Assembly (NCBI GenBank): GCA_964187785.1
Contig: OZ076409.1
Location: 40,674,001 to 40,738,000, forward strand
DNA length: 64,000 nt
Direction of reading: 5' to 3'
From: Amphiscolops sp. MND2022
Lineage: Eukaryota
Part shown: in pieces, positions 24,182-37,523 of the stretch
Layout: every line of letters starts with the position of its first letter
How positions within the stretch are numbered: position 1 is the stretch's first letter
Translations under genes and position numbers: made by a program
Notes under the pieces: model-generated
Database searches by the model: none
Seen by the model: the letters and a program-made list of their open reading frames with translations, nothing else
What the model was told of the DNA's origin: nothing

Positions 24182-25956
24182 ATCGATGAGGTAGTGATGT
24201 CTTCTAACAACTGACTAGTATAACTCTCTTGTTTAGCCTAGACTTTCTTTCTAGGAAAATTACAACCTTAAAAATTCTTCTTTAATAACTTTTAAAAAAT
24301 CATTTTTCGGAATCAATCAGTAACATGTTAATCCCTCCCAAAAATCAGTTGAAAATATTAAGTAGTTCAAGGACATTTCTTGCGTTTTCTGACAATTTGG
24401 AAAAAAAGCAATTAAAAATACTAGAAACGCAAAAATATTCGACACTTTTTGAAAATTCCCCAAAAATTTTGAGTTTTAGCTAAGAAATGAAAAATTGATG
24501 CTCGTCATCAGTTTTTTTTGTATATGGAGTGAGTAAGCAGCTTTAAAAGATAACAATCACATTTCCAACGTATTCAAGTGAATCGAATGAGAAATTCGGA
24601 CAGAGGAGCACAAAATTTGGTCATAATAACTTCTGAAAATCTCCAAAAACAAAAATTATTGACTACTGCATGACGATTAAGCGAAAAAATTGATCTGTAT
24701 ATATGATACCAGTTGATAACATTCCCACTGGTTCGATGATTTGAAACCAAATAGCAAATTTATAATTGGTATCTATCAGTTATAGAGGAGGAAAACCTTC
24801 ATATTTAAAATAGCAGAAATATCACCTTTCCAAATCCTCAAATCTGTTTGGTTGCAGACCATTACTTCAAATTATCTCAAAAGAAGAACAAATAAGATGG
24901 GAATAGCACAAATCCGCGCCCCGCTCAAGGCTTAAAAACGAAAGAGCTTCAAAGCGTCAAGAATTCTCTTTTGAACAAATTCTCAATTTCACAGTATCAA
25001 AAAAACAAGCAGGGTCCTTTTGGGCCGAAAAGCGCTTTCTTGATTTATTCTCACCAAAACTATCAGAAAACGAGAGATTCTCTTTTTCTATTTTCACCGA
25101 AAACATCAATTACTTCGGATATAACGTCAATATGCGGATTTAGTATTTTTTGAAAAGAATTTGAAAGGAAGCGAAACATCAAAACTGATAAGATTCAAAT
25201 GTCCGCTTCCCCCGTAGTAATACCGGTTTTAATACCTGTAAAGATTGCTTTTTCAGGAAATTGATTCTGGATTGGTGTGACTTCCTAATATTTTTGACCA
25301 ATTTACCCTTAAACACCAAAAGATTTCACAGCTGTTTTGTGATGAAAGACTTTTCTACTGAAAGCATCCAAATTTGGCTGCTTATCTTTGTTATTTTCCA
25401 TTTAACATTCGGAGTGGTCATAATTGTTTATAACTAGTCCCAGGGGAAACTTGTAGAGCTCTTGAAAGTTGATAGAGGCTTTTGATGGCAGATAAAATAC
25501 AAACTTGAACCATGAAATCAGGCAAACATGAATTTCGGATGTTCACATACAAATATCTCACTTTATGTAATCCCTCTAAAGTTGAGCAGTTGGCCAACTT
25601 TGTTGCATCTTGAACAGCCCTCAAGGTGGCTGTTCAAATGATTGTAATCATGCTAATTTATGTAAATTTTTGTACGTGCTAATAGATTCTAAATTAGCAC
25701 GAGTGACAAGGGACAACCAATAACCAACCGAATAATCTTTAATTTCGATTCGACAACCTCGTGAAAGCAGATATTGACCAATAATCCACCAATTGAAGAT
25801 TCCACTCCTTCCGAGTATCGATTGGATTTTATTTGATCAACACATCTTGGCCGTGTGAAAAACAAGTTGATTCGAGAGTGCAATTGAATGGCCTCAACCA
25901 CGTGTGCTTAATCGTTTCATCGTCACCGAATCAAAAGGTTCCGTTAAAAGGGTTCC

Positions 25957-26486
25957 TTATTAGTCGGCGCTTCTTGAAGTGAAACGCGACTATTATAGTG
26001 ACTCTTTTTTTTCTATCCACACGAACTGACCAAAATAGTTCTTAAAAGTTCTACAAAATATTATTGCACCAAATTGCACTGTTTGGCCTAGCGAAGTGAA
26101 CCAAAAAGGGTTTTCCTGTTTTTCAGCGTAACATACCATACCGGGCGAGACCAAAGGGTCTGTCCCCCTTTCACTTTTTTTCGGCACTGCGAGACTTTTT
26201 TTCGAAAAAATTTTCCCCAAAGGTCCCCCCTGCATTGTTTTCGATGTTTTGCGACAGAATGGATGTTGAAAAATCCCAAAGGGTCCCCCCTTTCAGTTTT
26301 TCGGCTCTGTGAGACTTTAGCGCGCCAGTCGGTCCATTGTTTTGAGTATGTAAATTTTTCGAAATTTTTTTTCGAAAAGTTTTGGATTTTCGAGTACTGT
26401 AAAAGAGAATACTTGACACTTGGAAGTCTTTTTGCTATTTTTGAGCCTTGGATATGGCGCCGACTTGGGCCGGTCCCGGCTTGTTT
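25957..26486 (+). mobile_element. HINE copy (second subfamily)
   Basis: TAGTCGGCGC...CGCGACTA at the 5' end; GATATGGCGCCGACTTGG-GCCGGTCCCGGC-TTGTT at the 3' end. Confidence 0.85.
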
Positions 26487-27493
26487 TTCCGTTAACTGTG
26501 AGTGTAGAAATATTCACCAGAGTAGGTGTACTGGTAAATATTTTTTTCCTCATAGATTAGAGATTTTCATTTTCTAAAGAGAGAACAAGGAAAAATCAAA
26601 TGCGCAGTGCTTTCTTCTACGACTACAGCTACTTGTTTATTGTACTCACTAGGTTTTCGATTTGGAAAAAGATGCTTAAACATTAAAATGAATCCTCCCA
26701 GACACGGGTATTGCTCATCGCTGGTAGTCAAGCTAAAGATATACCTACAGCTAATTTTAACGTCGTATTGCTACGAGGAGCCTCTGTAAGATACGTAACT
26801 TTTTCCCAATTAAAAGACTGTTACCACACTGTTGTTCGTTTCATAGGAGGTAATAATCCTTTTTGAACAAACGTTTCCGCTTCACAAACAAAAGATTTAG
26901 CGCAAGAATTATCAGTTCTTGCTAATTTAATTTCGACCAAGGTTGAAAGTGTTTTCGTTCGTGACATACCATTGGTGCATTCTCTACCTTACAGGTCCTA
27001 ATTTCCGGAACTATTGTTAGCATCGTTGAAAACAGACTGGACGGTCGAAGATATTTCCTCACAGGTTCATAGTGACAATAACGTGAACAGAGATAACGTG
27101 CATTAGAGGTCTAGCCCTTAATTGGATATGTTTCAGAGCTAAAGTTCTTTGGAAAAGTTATTGCACTAAACTGGAAAATGAGAACTTTCTCAAATCATCG
27201 AGTGCAAAGGAATCTGCAAGTGCGTTTCATGGTCAAATCAATAGTGGTAGTTGTTGCATAGTGAAGACGACGTCCTTCGAAAAGCTTGGTCAGTTAATCT
27301 ACTTTGCAGACGTAAAAACGCCTTTGAATTCTCAATACAAAAGATCAAAGAAACTTTTCTTGCTCCAAGAAAGAACGTAGAAGCTAAAAGTTCTGACCCT
27401 AACAAAATTTGATGCATTTAAATTTTACCTTATTAAAATCGACGAGCGAAACTAACTACGGGTGGAATCGAAACCGCCATGTAAAATAGGTAC

Positions 27494-27644
27494 CTTGAAA
27501 GATGAGTTGGGATGATTGAGAAAATTCATTAAGAAGGTATACGAGGAACTGTTCGTGAGCTTAGTGCTTTTTTGCTGGAAAACGTTCCTCTGTGGTTGGC
27601 TGTTTTTACAGGCTGACTTGCTACTGGCCAGCATGTTTGACAAC
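27494..27644 (-). CDS. Possible isolated exon, product unknown
   Basis: Acceptor CTCGTTCACTACAG|, donor AAG|GTACC, and one open frame (LSNMLASSKSACKNSQPQRNVFQQKSTKLTNSSSYTFLMNFLNHPNSSFK). No recognisable domain. Confidence 0.25.
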
Positions 27645-28815
27645 CTGTAGTGAACGAGCAGAACTACGGTGAACTCGCCTGTGAAAAAAGGTCATCCCAG
27701 AATCAAACTGGTTGCATTTATGTGATACCCCGATGAAAAACACATTTCGAAAAGTTAAAAAAGAACGTTTCATCACTTCGCAGTGAAGGTCACATTAGAT
27801 TTATTTTACTATAAACCCCAAGATTCAAATTATCCACGCGATTCAATCACAATCATCTCAAAATCGTATCGGAAAGTACCTCTTGAAATACCCCCTAATT
27901 AAGGTAACCAGCTGGGTGACAAAGCAAAATTTTCGAAACCAACTTTTCGATCAACACCTACAACGTCCCAATGATTATTTCAGCGTGTCAATTATAATCC
28001 CAACAAATAGAGAAGCGAGTCAACTCTCCACTTAAGGCTCCGAAATTGAGATGCCTTTCAAATATACTAACTCAAGAGTTCAAACTCAAGCCGGGACCGG
28101 TTCAAATCGGCTCCAGGTTCAAGTTTCAAAAAACCAAGTTTCTTAAATTTGCAAATGACACTAATTTTAAACTTTTATCAAATTCTCGGTGGCGAAAAAT
28201 TCCCGAAGAGATACGCATAAGATTCGGAAACCACTTTTTTCCCAACTGCAAGAACAGAAAATCCATTTTTGAAAATTAAGTCCTACTTTTGGAATAATGA
28301 AAAATTTTTAGTTTAGTGCGAGACTCGAACCCAAGATCCCCTGCTTCTTTGTCGTTACGGCTTGAAGTGAAGGTTTGACTGTAATTAACGAGCAAATATA
28401 CTTTGTCTTCGTTGGTGAAACAGTTTTAGGAAGCTTATAGAATTTTTTTAAAAAACCTCAATTGGCCTCTGAATTTTTCGAAGTAGTCACAAACAAAACA
28501 GATTGGCAATTTTTGGTTCGAAAGTGAGTCGAGAGAATTCTATGTTTTGACTTTGGCGAAGTTTTTATTCAGCAGTGAAACTTTCCTGACATTTTCTCAA
28601 AGGTGTATGAGTTTCAGTTCCATCATTATTATATAACTTGCATCAAGATTGTCTATTTCAATAGGTTGTGTAAAACCTATTGAACGCTTAAAAATTAATT
28701 CATACTGCATTATATCGTCTATTTTACGCAAGAAATATTCCAAAAATATTTCGTCCGAGAGCAACAAAGCTCATCTCAGCGTTTTGAATAAACTATTGCA
28801 AAAAATTCTTCATAC

Positions 28816-30098
28816 TTTTTGGGGCTCGAGCTTTGCGAGGTGCCCATATAGTGACGTTTTTGGGGCTCGAGATTTGCGAGGTGCCCATATGGTGACGTTT
28901 TTTCCCGCAGATTTCGTTACATGTGCAACTTTTTCAACTTGTGGGGCCTTTTTTCTCAATACCTAGAACAGATATGGACACCATGTTTTCGCTAAAAATT
29001 GTACAGGATCCTCGGCTACACTGTCGCCGAAAAAACAATTCAAAAATAATCGGCTTCATGGGTTTTTTTGAAAAGAGCTTTTGAAAAAACGCTACTTTTG
29101 ACTGTTTTTCATATTCGATCTCCTAAATCACAGAACTGAGACCAAATACAGAGTCCATGGTTTCGCAAATTGCACAAACATTTCATAGGCTACATTTTGG
29201 CCTAAAAATGACGTCAAATTATTCCATACTTTGTTTTTTCGGGCAAAAAAAGATGAGAAAAAAATGTCGACTTTTTTTTAATTTGTAGCTCATCTTTCTC
29301 AAAACTGATAAAAGATGCAGAAACCATTAATCCTCAAGAAAAACTGCAAAGGCGTAGGGTACTTTTTGGACAAATGTTTCCGTCATCAAGTATGACGCCT
29401 TCGTTTTTCTAGCGAAAATACTTTTTAAAAAAAGTTTTTTTTTTAAAAATTTTATTGATTCTTTTATACTTGACCTCCTCTATCTCATCACCGAGATTAA
29501 AAACGGGGTTCATATTTTCATAAAGTGTAAGAGGGTTCTGTAGGCTACGTTTAAGGCTAAAATTGACGTCGAAAATTTTTGTCTTGGTTTTTTTGGGCAA
29601 ATAATGGCATGAAAAAATTGAAAATTTCCAATTTTTTTCCAGTTTGTAGCTGATTTTTCTCAGAACTGGAAATAGATACGAAAACCATTCTTTGATAGAA
29701 AGAGACAAGGATGTAGGTTAGTTTTTGTAACATCAAAGTTGCCGTCATCAAGTATGACGCCTTCGTTTTTCTGCCAAAAATCTACTTCATTCATCTTTTT
29801 AGTTCTTTCATCAAAATTTTCTGATCTGAGACTACATAAGCACACTAAGTTTTGTGCCCTGGATTATACACAATTTGTAACACCTTCTGCAAACCATTGA
29901 ACGTTTCTACTCGAGGGCAAGCGCGGCATGCCGTCGCGTCTACGTTTTTTTTCGCAGATTTCGTGATATCTGCCAACTTTTCAATGTGGTGAGGCAAAAT
30001 TTCCAAAACTCAGAACAAACGTGGATACCATGTTTGCGCTAACAGTTGCACAAGATCCTAATCTACAAGGTGTTTCTGGCATGCCGCTAGATTTTTAG
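28816..30098 (+). repeat. Non-autonomous element with internal direct repeats, possibly a second HINE-like family
   Basis: 41-bp tandem GGGGCTCGAG.TTTGCGAGGTGCCCATA at 28821-28902. Diverged repeat pairs at about 29270-29410/29630-29770 and 28900-29020/29945-30065. GC hairpin CGCGGCATGCCGTCGCG followed by a T-run at about 29921-29952. Confidence 0.45.
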
Positions 30099-30656
30099 GC
30101 ATTTAAGCTAGTTTTTTTGGTATGCTGTCGCGGTTATGTTTTTCAATACGGATAGTTTTCAATAAACTGGAGTCATCTGGTTCGCCAGAAGCAAACTAGA
30201 AGATTGGCGAGCTGTTTAAAAGTTGACAAAAAAAACCGAAGAAGTCCGTTAAATTTTTCGAAAATGAAATCACAAAAAGATAATGCGCGGAAAAATGAGA
30301 AAGTTGGTGTCTCAAGCTGCCGCTTGTGGCGGCTCTTACTACCACAAAAAAAACCCCCAATGACGAAACGTCCCATCGCTCATCCGAGGGGTTACAAATT
30401 TCAAGACTTCAGGGACAGAAGGTCAGCCTAACTACAGCATAACTCGAAACTTACCCTAACTTTACAGTCATAGTAATTTGAAACAGAAATATTTTGTGGT
30501 TTATACATTATACTTGTTGTTACATATTTAAGTGACCGGACCTGTGCAATTGAAGTAGTTAACGTAGAATAGAATTCATTGAATTGTATCAGCATATGTA
30601 ATACAAGCAAGGTAAAGGAATTACGTTCAACTAGTATAACGCTATAGCCTAGTTGA

Positions 30657-31470
30657 CCCTAGTCCAAAAAAAATGCGTATCTTGCAAGATTCTTACATTT
30701 TTATCTTTAAAGAAAATGCATTTTTCTTCAAGACATCTTGCAAGAATCTTGCAAGATAAACATTTTTTCAATGATAATCTTGCAAGATATACATTTTCTC
30801 GAAGAATCTTGAAAGAATTGAATTTTCAAATCAAAAGTATTCATGGAATTAAGGGATCCGATTTATAAAGACACTCTCCATTACAGCCAGAGTCTCACTT
30901 CTAAAATTGTGAAGGACCCAAAAATGCAAACTCTAGAAAAAATAAACTCTAGAAGTGTGATTTTAGTAATGCGCCCTGAAAGCCAAATTTTTGCAATAAA
31001 AAACTGACATTTGAAACTCAGTTTTGATGAAGTACAATGGAAAACAAATGACCCTCTATCACGTACACGATGGAGACTTCGAAATCAGGCCGAACGAACC
31101 TAAATTGATGATAGGCGTACATTTTTTGGAAAAAAACGCAAAAACAAGAGAAAAATAATCTTTTTTCGACAATTGGTGAAGCTGTTGACTACGTTATCAT
31201 AACTCATTTGTTGTCTTGCAAGATTTGCATTGTCTTGCAAGATTCTTGCAAGACTGGTATTCTAGTTTATCATCTTGCAAGATTTGCATTCTCATATATT
31301 TGCAGCAAAATGTTTTTCTTTCAAGAATCTTGTAAGATATCTTGTAAGATTTGCATACTTCTGAAAAATCTTGCAAGATTTGAATTTAGGTCCACAATCT
31401 TGCAAGATAGCCATCAAATGCAAGATATTGGCAAGAATCTTTAAAGATTTGCATTTAACTTCATCCAGGG
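30657..31470. mobile_element. Diverged TCTTGCAAG-family fold-back MITE
   Basis: CCCTAG...CCAGGG termini, GA|...|GA 2-bp TSD, and TCTTGCAAGA arrays in both arms. Confidence 0.7.
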
Positions 31471-32199
31471 GACGCGTGGTCCTAATCCAGCTTTTGGCCA
31501 ATTACATTGCGGGTATCATTTCTGTAGTCAAACAGACGTTAAGTCCACTTTCTTCATCACGACGTATACACAGTTATGTTCAACTTGGAACATGCAAAAC
31601 ACTAGCCATGTCTTTATTTATTCATTATATTCTACATACAAATTTATGATTTGTCTGTTATTGGTGGTGTTTTTATAATAAAGTAAGGGTTGCAGAGTTG
31701 ATGTAATATTAATTAGTTCTTTATTGTTATGATGATGTAATATTATCTATTTTAAGAACCATGACATCCCAATTTACGGGAGTCATGGTCCATTGAGTAT
31801 ATTTACTGTATGCCCGTTTAGGAAGGGATGGTTTTTGATATCTTACTGCAACAAACAATTTTGAACTCTACACATAATGCTTTCTGTGAGCTTTCATTAA
31901 CTTCGCAAAAAGATTTTGAATTTGCCTCATATGTCTAGCTTTTATGCTTGTATGATTTTATCGTATTTAGATAGTACACTTCTGTTCAAAGATGCTCTAG
32001 AAAAAATTTTTTTTCAGCGCTGATTTTTCTTCCTTAGGACTCTTTTCTTGTCACCCTTAGCCCTTAGCAGATTGAACTTTGTTTTCTCTTTTTGCTATTT
32101 TCTACAATATTGACAATATTTTCTAGATTGTCAAAACTGAAATCATCTTTCAAGCTAAATCATCTTTCAAGCATCTTTCAAGCTATGCAGTCTTTCCTG

Positions 32200-33510
32200 C
32201 TGAACTATGAGGTCGATATCTCCTTCTCGTTGAAAACAATATTTCTCGCAAGAACAATGACCATAGCCTGAAACCGTTAATTGACACCTCCAGGATTCTA
32301 CTTTCCTGCTCCGTTCGTTTCTGCATGCACAAAGCTGAAATTTCTGATGATATGTTGGGTATGTACGGCTTAGGGTATGCCAGCTCCAGATATTTACAGC
32401 CGAATATCCTAGACTTCGCTCAACGGTTTTTGACCAACGAAACAGGTCAAACAAAAAATAATTTGATATTTTCAACATTTGTTACCCAATTCACAGGTTG
32501 ATATCCTTGAACGCAATAGGTTTCAGTAATATTGATTGAAATCGTCTGGGAAAAACAATTGGATTACCTGCTTTCCTCGGCCTGTCCTAGGTAATAACCT
32601 GAACTTACGTTTCGGCTTACTGCTACAACTTTAGAACTTTCCTCTCAAACGCATTGACACGTGCTGCTTTTGTTGCTCATCTTCACAATTGGTTATTCTA
32701 GTAAATTGTCAATCTCAGCTCAGTGGAGTTCGCAAAAGAATTGAAACTTTCCCATACCACAAATTTCTCTGGGGAAAACCATTGAGATCCAACGCCATTA
32801 ATGTTGTCTCAGAAAAACGTTTTCCATCGTCACAAAGACTTGTCATCTATTTTTATCTTCTCATGAAGTATTCGTGCAGTGATTCGTCTAGTTTCAGTTG
32901 CGTGCCTGTGATTTGGGATACAAGAGCCACAACTGCTAGTGATTCTTCATTCTGAATCTCCACTTAGAAGACTCTGTGCGCTGGTCCTGTCACCCAGACA
33001 ATCTTTTCGAAGACAATCAGGGCGAATCAGCATTAGAATAGTTGAATAAAGTGTCAGGGCCAGCGTGCATCACAGTGTGTCTTTGTCATCTCGGGATCCC
33101 TTATTGTTTTCAAAGTCCTCTGTTGCAACTCTGTCAGTTTCCCTTCGCTCAATCCTGGGAGCCTTTTGGTGCCAGTCAGAGTTTCGTTAATATTCTTCCT
33201 TCGAATGCATACGATGAACCTGGTACTCAAAAATGCGAACGCGTTTTGTTTCCCCGGGTTACAGTCCTTGGCTCGTTGCACTGTCCATTGTCAACACAGG
33301 AAAACGTCGTTTACCGAGACCTTTTTCCTCGACAACAGTTTTCTGTCGGCAGTCAATTGAGAAGAATGTGTTAACTTCACCCTGGGCAACATAGCCTGTT
33401 GCGATCAGGATTTAGTCTATCGTGGTTCGCGTATCGTGACGAAAACAGAAATTAGTTTTTTATCTGCCTTATATTAGAATCACAAATCCGGGCTATGTAA
33501 TCCAATTAAG
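32200..33510 (-). pseudogene. Highly decayed Ty1/copia remnant (gag plus post-integrase fragment)
   Basis: Broken frames read TL*CTLALTLYSTILMLIRPDC, AVVALVSQITGTQLKLDESLHEYFMR and FSETTLMALDLNG (copia Gag, UBN2-like). ARNIVFNE near 32240 resembles the copia SRNVVFNE motif. Confidence 0.55.
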
Positions 33511-35154
33511 CTCTGATTGATGATAATTACAAACAAATATTACACTGGTCAATTTTAAAAGGTATAGGAAGCACGTTTTTATTAGCAGAGTTAACACATT
33601 AACAGGTCATAAAATTTCCACACCTGCTTGGATAATTGGAAAGTCAATTATCTGTTTACAACTGGGACTTCCCTTTATGTACTTTCAGGCATCACTACAA
33701 CAATTATGAAGTATGGTTAGATGTGATACTTCGGTGTGATGACAACTGTTTCTTGTTGAGCTCTTTTCCAATTATTTTTTGTAAGATTGTGGGTGTTTTG
33801 ATTGGATGAAGTATGAAACTGCTATGATTTTCATTTCGTCTGGAGTGGGGAATTAAACACTGAGGACTTATCATACTCATTGTTTCACGGAATCATGGTA
33901 ATCTATTATGAATGGTAACGAAAATGCTGCCTTGAGTTGGTACGATCTTTTGCATGGACGGTCAATTCCAGAAAATTTCAATTGGTGGGTTCCAATTGCG
34001 GACTTAATTTGTGTTTGTCACCAAAGAAAACTGTAACATCTGATTGCAGTGCGCAAAACCATCTTCAACTTTTGTGACGTCCTACAAAGCTACGTCGCCA
34101 CCGGTTGATTTTTCAAGCAAGAAAAAGTATTCAGTCGTTCGGTATTGTTTCCTTTCCACGTTTTCCAAGACTTCAGCCATTATATTAGTGATGTTTGAAG
34201 TTTCAAGCTTGAAATAGATGCTAAATCAGACCCATTATTAATGTTCGACATTTCGAACTTGCTTTTTGTTAATTGGTTTTTCCAAAAGCTCGAGACCTTT
34301 GGATTTTTTTAAAGACAAATTTCCAGGCGGAATTCTTCAACAAGGGGATGCTTTTAAAACATTTTTTTTTGCAATTGGAGAACATAACATATCAAACTAA
34401 TAGTTTTGCTCCAAAACAACATTCAAATACTTAGAGTCGGTGGTTGTGTTCAATCGACTTATCGCTGGTCGATCATGTATTCTGGGAAATGTCATACTGT
34501 CAGTGGAATTATTCCATGTCATTATTTCTAACTTTGATCGTCCTAAGTATCAAAGTCGGCAAAAGACCTTTGAATATCTAACTGAGGATCAACTTCGGGT
34601 AATTTTGGAGTTTTTGGGGCAGTCGGTCCGATTAAGTCCCAATGAGGTCTGAATAGTACATTCTTAGGAGCCAACTGAGCTACACTTATAATTTTCATAG
34701 ACTGTTAAAAGCGGTAATAACTTGAAGTTTCTTTCAAAGAAAAATCAAAAGAAGTAATTATTTTGACAATTGACACCTATAATAATCCATGGTTACCCAC
34801 GTAACTTGAATGTTAAAAGAATTATTAAAGTACGATAATGAAAACATTTTAACAATTGAGATCTTCTTGGTCATAATATTTCGCCTTTCGTTTTTGCTGC
34901 AGAGTTGCTCCTTTTTGAATTTTCGTCAAAGGCACATGGCTAATTGTCACAAGTTGCCACTGACATCTTAAGATAATTGCCCGGATTGACCCACCTACTA
35001 GCATCTTGGCTGCCATGGATCCCACGGCATGGTTCTTACTAAAATAGTACAAAAAAGTATCATTATCCGAAGATCGAATCTTACTAAGACTTCATAATTT
35101 CAATCGAGTTCTAAAAAAGTACTTTACAATTACTTTACAAGTACTTTACAAGTA

Positions 35155-36197
35155 CTCTAGGTTACAAGAATCACAAATCTTGCAAAATTCTTCCGAAATT
35201 CTCGTCAACTTTGCATTTCTTACAAGAATCTTACAAGTTTGTACAAGAATCGCAAACTTTGCAAATTTGTTACAATGTCGAACATTTCTTACAAGATTCT
35301 GATAACATTTTTGCAAAAAATGCATTTTTTGGTAAGAAATTGTTACAGAAAATGTGATGTGTTATCTCGACCAAAATTTCAAAAATCATCAAACTACCAG
35401 CAACAACAGCCACAGTTGCCGTTTGCAATGCACAAATTGTCCCAGGATCCCAGAAAAAGGGTCCAAATTGTTAATTTTGAGCAAGAAGACTTTACATGCA
35501 ATTTTACCCCAGAAATTACTATAACGTATTCCAGCTATGAAACTCCGGACAAAAACTCCGAGAACCCTTCAGCTAAAGATAATAGGAATATGAATATGAG
35601 ACCAAATGAAAATACATTTCAAGGGCTTTCTAACGGTTCTAACCCGAACCTGCTGTCAGCTACTGTGATGGAGAAAATCAGTAAAAATACTACAAAACCA
35701 CCTGTGCAATGTCATATTGAAAACTATAAAAACCCTGAAAATTCTAGCAAAATTAAACCATCGGTTTCATTTCTTCTCCAGCCCATTTCAACGAGTCAGG
35801 AGACTGCTGAGAATGGAGGACATTGCTCTCTTAGAGGCAATGACACCACGCAGGGCTGTAATGTTGTAAGCGAAAGCTTTACAACAAACAATAACATCAA
35901 ACAATGCTCATGATGCAAGTAAGGCATTCCGATAACATAAAATCTAGATGCTCTAATATGGGCAATTGTGTCATTTTTCGCGTACAGATAGTTTTCTTTT
36001 GCAGCCGTTCAAACTTTTTGAGGCAGGAAATACAAAAAAATGTCAGATTTATGCATTTTTTGTAACATTCTGAGCAGAAAAATGCAAGTCTTGCGAGATT
36101 TTTGCAAGAGTTAGATTCTAAAAATGCATTTTCTTACAAGATGTTACAAGAATTCTTGTAAGAATTTTGCAAGAGTTGTGATTTTTGTAACTTAGGA
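35155..36197. mobile_element. TCTT(G/A)CAAG-family fold-back MITE with a long open frame inside
   Basis: Left end CTCTAGGTTACAAGAATCACAAATCTTGCAAAATTCTT; right end AAGAATTTTGCAAGAGTTGTGATTTTTGTAACTTAGGA. TSD not evident. ORF 35239-35913 lies inside. Confidence 0.75.
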
Positions 36198-37403
36198 GTT
36201 GCGTTCGTAAGGTAATTTTATTGTCGGGTTCTTACGCGCTTTTTCAGGGCAGACATTGATTTCCTGTGAAAAAAAATTAAAAATTTCTGGAATAAGATGG
36301 AAAACGTCATGCTGAGGATATTCAGATCCTTTTCTAGAGGTTTCAGTTCTTATTCCAGTGGCTTTACTTGTAGTAGATAATATTCCAGTGCCTCTAGCTC
36401 TTATGTTGCTATTTAAAAATTCCAGTAGCTACTGGATTTTGTTCTCAATTCAGTAGTTTCAGATAATATTCCCAGATAATATTCCCGGGACTTAGGTCTT
36501 CACTGCCCTAGCTCATTTTGCCTCAAAGGGAGCCAGTCCCAAGGTGGGGGAACCGTCTTATAGGATGCTCTCTGGCCTGGTCCAAGTCTGTAACTGCTGA
36601 GATAAACGGGGATCCGTCACGGACCTTCGCCTCGGACCACCGTTTAGACAGCCTTTAAAAACAATGCCAAGGATAAACAGTGTAGATTTCCATCTTCCAT
36701 CTGATATCGAAATAATATCTAAAATGGGGAATAAGATCTAAAATTGCACAAACTAGCGCTCGAGCTAGTTCAAACTGCTAAATCCACCAAAAATACATCA
36801 AAGCACACATCGGACTGGCAAACCACGCAGCTACAAGCTGGGGCGCAGGGGCTCCAAGCACCAAACAAGGACAATTAGGCAAAAAGACTCATTTTACCGG
36901 TTTCTGCTACATAATGCTGTAAATGGTAGCATAATGCTGAAATCGATGAAAACCGGGTTTAGCACCTCAAAAAGTGTCTATTTTAGAGTTTTTCTTGCTC
37001 TCAGGCTTCTGTCGTGGCGCCATACCCCTGTTTCTGCTTGTTCTTGCTCTTTGTTGTCTAAGAATCTGCCAATTTCGTAGAAACAGCGAAAAGAGCAATT
37101 ACATGCTCAGTGCCACGTCACAGATCGAATTAGAATTTTTGACAAAATTTCTGAACATGTCAAAATTCCAAAATCGGTTGATTTTGCTGTACCAGAGGGT
37201 CCCGTTACATTAGGCCCAACTCAGTATGCTGTCGTCTGGGCCCTCTTCCCAGAACGGTATCGCTGCTGAAGGGCTCCAAGGATGGTCTCTCTTCGCACCA
37301 ATTTGGCGCGGAGTAGGCGTTTTCGTGTTTCATAAATGTAAAAAAAGGCCACCTCCCCTTGAAGTTTTTCTCCAGGATCCGAAAATCTTAGCTTAGGGGT
37401 CAG

Positions 37404-37477
37404 GGTTTCAGTACTATAAGACTTTTGGATTTTTGAGCTTAAGGATATGGCGCCGACTTGGGCCGATCCCGGCTTGT
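37404..37477 (+). mobile_element. Isolated HINE 3' end
   Basis: TTTTTGAGC.TAAGGATATGGCGCCGACTTGG-GCCGATCCCGGC-TTGT, with no matching 5' end nearby. Confidence 0.7.
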
Positions 37478-37523
37478 CTAAATATGACTTAGTGGTGTTA
37501 GATCATATTCTAGTGTTACTTGA

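Noticed and set aside
25993..26577. ORFs of 60-125 aa here and at 14084, 18426-18790, 40641-41332 and 50418
   Set aside because: All are chance translations of HINE repeats.
25418..27110. Further minus-strand exon candidates (about 20500-20630, 25418-25630, 26970-27110)
   Set aside because: Short open frames with plausible AG/GT sites, but no recognisable domain and no consistent phase chain.
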